64,000 nt of DNA from Arcobacteraceae bacterium. GTDB lineage: Bacteria; Campylobacterota; Campylobacteria; Campylobacterales; Arcobacteraceae. The position numbers and the translations under genes were made by a program. The notes under the pieces are model-generated. The model was not told where the DNA came from, ran no database searches, and worked only from the letters and a program-made list of their open reading frames with translations. Where the stretch lies: positions 352,001 to 416,000 of the forward strand of contig CBDCZH010000010.1 of assembly GCA_965224485.1 (NCBI GenBank), given 5' to 3'. Shown here in pieces: positions 58,625 to 64,000 of this stretch. Positions within the stretch are counted from its first letter, which is position 1. Each line of letters begins with the position of its first letter.

Positions 58625-60523
58625 CTAAACTTCTTCTTTATCTAGTGCTTTATCTTCATCTTGAAACATATCTCTAATTTTTAAAAACTCATCTATATGT
58701 TTAAAAAATATATCTACTAAGATAGGGTCAAAGTGACCACCTTTTTCTTCTTCAAACATTTTAAAGATTCTTTCATCACTCCAGGCTTTTTTATAAACCC
58801 TGTCTGAGCCTAAAGCATCAAAAACATCTGCTAAAGCTGTAATTCTTCCATAAATATGAATCTCTTCGCCTTTTAAGCCTTGAGGGTAACCAGTTCCATT
58901 ATATTTTTCTTGATGTTCATGGGCAACAATAGCAGCAACTTTTAAAATTTCTCTATTAGAAGTATTTAACATCTCAAAACCTAATTGTGCATGGCGTTTC
59001 ATAACTTCAAACTCTTCATAAGTTAATTTACCTGGTTTATTCAATATCTGATCTGGAATTGCAACTTTTCCTATATCATGCATTGGACTTGCTAGTTTTA
59101 GTATTTCTGACTCTTTTTCGCTCATACCTAAATATGTAGCTAAGATTTTAGAATACTCAGCAACTCTTTTTACATGCATTCCTGTCTCTTTAGACCTAGC
59201 TTCTCCAATTGCTCCCATTCTAAAAACAACTTCTTTTTGTGTTTCTTCAATCTCTGTATTTAAAAGTTCAATCTCCCTATTCGCATCTGCTATTCTTTTT
59301 TGAGCTGTTATATCTTGCGAAATAGCTGTATAACATAAAAAATCACCCTTAATGTTATACTCAGGAGTAATAATAGTATAAACCCAATAATCACTACCAT
59401 CTTTTCTTCTATCTTGTATTTCACCTCTCCATGTATTTCCAGCTGTAATAGTTTGCCATAACTCTTCATATAACTCATTTGTAGTGTTTTTATGTCTTAC
59501 AATACTTTGTTGCTCATCTAATAATTCTTCTTTTTTATAACCAGAAATTTTACAAAAAGCTGTACTTACATACAGTATCTTTCCTTTTTTATTAGTTTTT
59601 GAAGCAATTACATGCTCATCAAAAGTTGATAAAAGACTATTTAGTTCATAATTTAAATTTTGGGCATTTTTCTGTTGGGTAATATTTGTAAATATATTTG
59701 TAAAATTAGAAAAATCACCATTATTATTATAAACTGGAAATCTTTTAACATAAGCCCAAAATGTACTTCCACTTTTAGTTTTATACATCAACTCACCTTT
59801 CCAGGCAATTTTTTTGGTATATGAATTTGTAATATCAGCTAAAACTTCTTCATCTTGTTCTTGATGTCTTAGTACCTTATGTGTTGTTCCTAATAATTCT
59901 TCTTTGTTATATTCAAATATTTTACAAAAAGCCTTACTAACATAAGTAATAGTTCCTTCTTCCTCTACTTTTGATGCAATTACACTTTTATCAAAAGAAG
60001 AGAGTAATTGATTTAAATCATAATTAAGTAAAGAGATTTCTTCTTTGGTTTTTTCTAAGGCTAAAATATTTTCATATGATCTAATAGCAGTTGTAACTGT
60101 TGTAATTAGTTTTTTTGATGTTAATTCTGTTTTTTCTTTATAATCATTGATTGCATAGTTAATAACAACATCGTTTTCAGGTACATCTGCTGCTTGTCCT
60201 GTTCTTAGAACTATTTGAATTAAGTGATTATTAAACTCTTCTCTTATTTTTTTTACAACTTTTAAACCAGCGTCATCAGTTTCCATAATTACATCTAATA
60301 AAACTAAAACAATATCATTATTCTCTTTTATAATTTCAATAGTTTCTTCACCTGAATAAGTAGATAAAAACTCAATTGATTTGTCTTTATATGAAAAATT
60401 CTTTAATACAGTTTTTGTTAATGTATGAACATCAATCTCATCATCTGCTATTAAAATTTTCCACTTTTCATTATTTGTCTTAGTCTCTTTTTTATTTTTT
60501 TTAAAAAAATTAATTTTTGCCAT
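58625..60523 (-). CDS. Response regulator REC-PAS-PAS-HD-GYP (c-di-GMP phosphodiesterase)
   Basis: IADDE...LLDVIME receiver, two PAS repeats, ETGMHVKRV, HDIGK, HEHQEK..GTGYP, ADVFDAL. Confidence 0.92.
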   Translation of the reverse strand: MAKINFFKKNKKETKTNNEKWKILIADDEIDVHTLTKTVLKNFSYKDKSIEFLSTYSGEETIEIIKENNDIVLVLLDVIMETDDAGLKVVKKIREEFNNHLIQIVLRTGQAADVPENDVVINYAINDYKEKTELTSKKLITTVTTAIRSYENILALEKTKEEISLLNYDLNQLLSSFDKSVIASKVEEEGTITYVSKAFCKIFEYNKEELLGTTHKVLRHQEQDEEVLADITNSYTKKIAWKGELMYKTKSGSTFWAYVKRFPVYNNNGDFSNFTNIFTNITQQKNAQNLNYELNSLLSTFDEHVIASKTNKKGKILYVSTAFCKISGYKKEELLDEQQSIVRHKNTTNELYEELWQTITAGNTWRGEIQDRRKDGSDYWVYTIITPEYNIKGDFLCYTAISQDITAQKRIADANREIELLNTEIEETQKEVVFRMGAIGEARSKETGMHVKRVAEYSKILATYLGMSEKESEILKLASPMHDIGKVAIPDQILNKPGKLTYEEFEVMKRHAQLGFEMLNTSNREILKVAAIVAHEHQEKYNGTGYPQGLKGEEIHIYGRITALADVFDALGSDRVYKKAWSDERIFKMFEEEKGGHFDPILVDIFFKHIDEFLKIRDMFQDEDKALDKEEV

Positions 60524-60545
60524 ATTTAACCTTTATTCTTATATA

Positions 60546-63500
60546 TTATACTATTTCTGTTCTAAAAATAATAATAAACTCTACGCCCTCGTTTTTAGCA
60601 CTCTTACAAGAGATACTTCCATTTAGCTTAGAATTAATAATAGTATAAATTATATTTAAGCCCAAACCAGAACCTCCATTTTCTCTATTAGTTGTAAAAA
60701 ATGGATCAAATATTTTACTTAAATTTTCTTCTTTTATACCCCGTCCATTATCTTTATATGTTATTTTGATTTTATCATTATCATGATTTATGCTAATAGA
60801 AATATTTCCTTTTTCTTTTTTATCAAAAGCATGTATTAGTGAATTCATAATCAAATTAGTAATAACTTGAGAAAAAGCACCAGGATAAGAGTTTATACTT
60901 AGATTTTCATCGCAAGAAAAATCAATTTTTATATCTGTTTTTTTTGTAACAGAATGAATACTTTCTAATATCTCATATAAGTATCTATTAATATTGAAAA
61001 TTCTTTTTTCTTCACTACTTTGATCAACTGCAACTTGTTTAAAACTTCTAACTAAAGAGGCAGCTTTTTCTAGGTTTTTATGAATTAATATTCCTAAGTC
61101 TTTAGAGGTATATAAATACTCTTCAAACTCTTCTTGGGACATTTCTTCATTTTTGTATTTTTTTAAAATTTCTGAAGTTAGTTCTTCAAAGTGAGTAATT
61201 CCAGTTAATCCAATTCCTACAGGAGTATTTATCTCATGTGCAACACCTGCAACAAGTCCACCTAAAGAAGCCATTTTCTCTGATTCTATTAATTTATTTT
61301 GTGCTTCTTCTAGGTTTTGGATACTTGTTTGTAACTCTTTGTTTGAATTTTCTAAGTCTTTATTACTTAGTGTTAAATCTTTTGCTCTATTTTTAATCTC
61401 TTCTTCCAAAAATTTACTTTTTGAAATATCTCTACTTATTGAATAAATTAAGTTCTTATTATTTGTTTTAATATTAACTAAAATCATATTTGCCCAAAAA
61501 ATTTCACCTGTTGTTTTTTTAGCTAACCACTCATAAGAAGAAATTCCATTTTTTAGACACTCTTTTTTTCTTTTTTCAAATACTTTGCTTGAAAGAATAT
61601 TGTTTTCTTGATATTGGGGACTTAGTTCTCCAAGTTTTCCTTCTTTTAGAGTAGTTTTATTTTTTATTTTATACATTTTTAATAAAGCAATATTACAATC
61701 AATTAGTTTATTATTCTCAATTATAGTTAAACCATCAGAGCTTCCATTAAATAAAGCCTCAAAAAGATCTTTTTGTTCTTGCATTTGGAAAGATTTCTTT
61801 TCTATATATTTTTTTGCTTTTGATAATTTTTTAAGAAAATATAAAATTATTAATAAAATTAAAACAAAAATAAATAATAATTGATAAATTATTTTATAAT
61901 TAACGGCAGTATTAATTTTATTTTGAATATATTTATCTCGAATATCTTGTTTTTGTTTATGAGATATTGAGCTTAAAACTTTGTTGATAATTGATTTAAG
62001 TTCTGGGTATTTCTCTTGTATCGAAAAGTTATGAATAAATTTATTTTCAGTTATTCCAACAATTTTTAAATTTGGAAAATATTTTTTTATATTATAAATA
62101 GCAACTTCAGTATAAGATATAAAAGCATATGCTTTTTTTTGTGAAACTAAAGCTAGGGCTTCTTTTATGGTATTAGTTTCAATAATTCTAATTTTAGGAT
62201 AGTTTTTTTGTATAAAATCATAACTTGGATAGTTTTTAGGTAAAGCTAATACCTTATCGCTAATATCGTCTATCTCATCTGCAAAACTGCCATCTTCCCT
62301 AGTTACAATAGCAAAATGAAAGTGAGAAATTTCTTTAGAGTCTAAATTATTCTTATTAGTATCTTTAAAATACTTTGTTTTTGAAAATAAATCTATTTTA
62401 AAAGTTTCAAATTTTTCTTTTATACTTGTCCATGATTTCGATTTTTCATAAACAAAAGATAAACCAGTCTCTTCTTCTATAATATTTATATAATCGTGCA
62501 TTATCCCTGATATTTCCCCCTTTTTAAGTATTGAAATAGGCTCCCAGTTTAAGGTAGAATATTTTATGATTTTATGATTTTTAATAAATTTTTTTTCTTT
62601 TTTAGTAAATCTGTTTATATTATTTTGAGATAAATTATTAGTATAAATATTTTTTATATATAAATAAGAAGATAAATTAATAAATTCTTTTATTGTAGGA
62701 ACTAAAGTATTAGCATTTATTGCTTCTTTTAAATGCTTATTATTAAAATAAACTTTAATATAACCCACTTTTCTAGGAGTATTTGAAAAATTAAAAAAAC
62801 TATCTTGTATTATATTACTTGTAAATATTTTATCATTTGACGAATAGATATTTTTGTTATTTGTAAATACTTCAATTTTATTTATATAAGATAAGGAATC
62901 AAAGACTTTAGTAATCTTTTTTATTTCACTTATATTCTCTTCTAAAATATATTTTGATAAGATAGAAGAAAGTAGGCTAGCTATTTCTACTTTTTTTTCT
63001 ATATTATTTACTAAGTATTCATCACTTATTTCCTTGTATTTTCCAGAATCTATAATTTTTTTCAAGTTTTTATTAAATATATTTCTTAGGTTTTTATTCC
63101 TAAACGCTACTTTAAACGTATTTTTATTAGGAAAAATATCATGAAAAATAAAATTACTAAGGTCTTGTTTTGATAACTTTTGTAAGTACCATTTAAATAT
63201 ATTTATATCAAGAATAATTAAATCACTTTTTTTAGCTAAAAAATCTCTAACTTGTTTTTCTTGATCTTTTTCTTCTTTATATGTTTTTATTTTTAATTTG
63301 TTTAAAGAAATATTTAAATATTTAACAGCTCCTTGAAAAGCAATGATATTCTTAGCTTCTAAATCTTTCATACTATTTATTTGCAGCTTATCTTTTGTAC
63401 GTGAAATTACAATATTATTTAAACTTATGAAATCATTTGAGTAAAAAAAACTATCTTTTTTTTCTTTTACAGTTACTGCTATATCAAAATCCTTATATTT

Positions 63501-64000
63501 ACTAAGTGCGTTTTCATTTGCTCTTAAGTTCAAATATTTTGTATTATTAATACGTATATCACTTAGTTCTAAAATATATTCAACTAAATCATATTCAATT
63601 CCTTTTAAATATGTTTTATTGAAGGTATATGGTTCTCTACCTTTTCCAAATAAAATATTTACTTTCTTTTCACTTGAAATTGGATTTAACCATTTAGAAA
63701 TAATCTCATTTTTTTCTTGACTTGAGATTGAATATAAAGATTTTTGTAAAATACTCTTTAATAATAAATCATCTTTTTTTGATAAAAAATGGACGCCTTC
63801 TGCTTCTATCTTTTTTTGAGAAATAGTTTTTTAAATTTGATATTAGAAGTTCATTTATCTTTTCTTTTATTGCGATTTGTGTTTCAAATATTGCATCAAC
63901 TTCATTGTTAATAAGCATTAATATTGATTCTTCTAAATTATTTGTTTCAATAATATTTATGTTCTTTAAGTGTTTTTTTAATAAGTCAATACTCTTATAC
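60546..64000 (-). CDS. Large sensor histidine kinase with multiple periplasmic binding-protein domains and PAS; frameshifted near 63830 and 5'-truncated by the window
   Basis: EKMASLGGLVAGVAHEINTP, NLIMNSLIHAF, GGSGLGL. Frame is open from 63830 down to 60546; further PBP-like sequence continues upstream in another frame to 64000. Confidence 0.85.

Noticed and set aside
1..64000. tRNA, rRNA, riboswitch or prophage genes
   Set aside because: No GC-rich structured RNA genes or phage hallmark proteins were recognised by eye; tRNAscan-SE and Infernal were not run.

Overview
Very AT-rich chromosomal DNA, most likely from Campylobacterota, family Arcobacteraceae. This assignment is an inference from CiaB, HQW(R/K)QPL-type histidine kinases, a short large-type NAD-GDH and many Cache/PAS two-component systems. 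Most of the window is housekeeping, transport and signalling genes: pfkA, lctP, xth, ppaC, ybaK, NAD-GDH, ciaB, htpG with a CIRCE, dbpA, mscS, ppiC and c-di-GMP genes. Two catabolic modules each sit behind a two-component system. One is HK-RR / TAXI-TRAP transporter / LUD-domain protein / LhgO, a candidate 2-hydroxyglutarate uptake and oxidation system. The other is HK-RR / DctPQM / pxpABC for 5-oxoproline. Each has an 11-bp-period direct repeat in the target promoter. A ~3.9 kb decayed accessory islet follows htpG. It holds a MITE-like hairpin, a doubly inactivated IS30 element (one lesion is a 20-bp GC-rich palindromic insert), a 61-bp tandem repeat with a palindromic core, an AT-rich membrane ORFan cut at an A9 tract, an intact MNT with a ruined HEPN toxin, and an (ACTACAA)9 microsatellite. 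dbpA appears to need a non-canonical ATT/ATC start. The last sensor kinase gene is frameshifted near 63830. I saw no rRNA, tRNA or CRISPR array. All calls come from reading motifs by eye; no searches were run.
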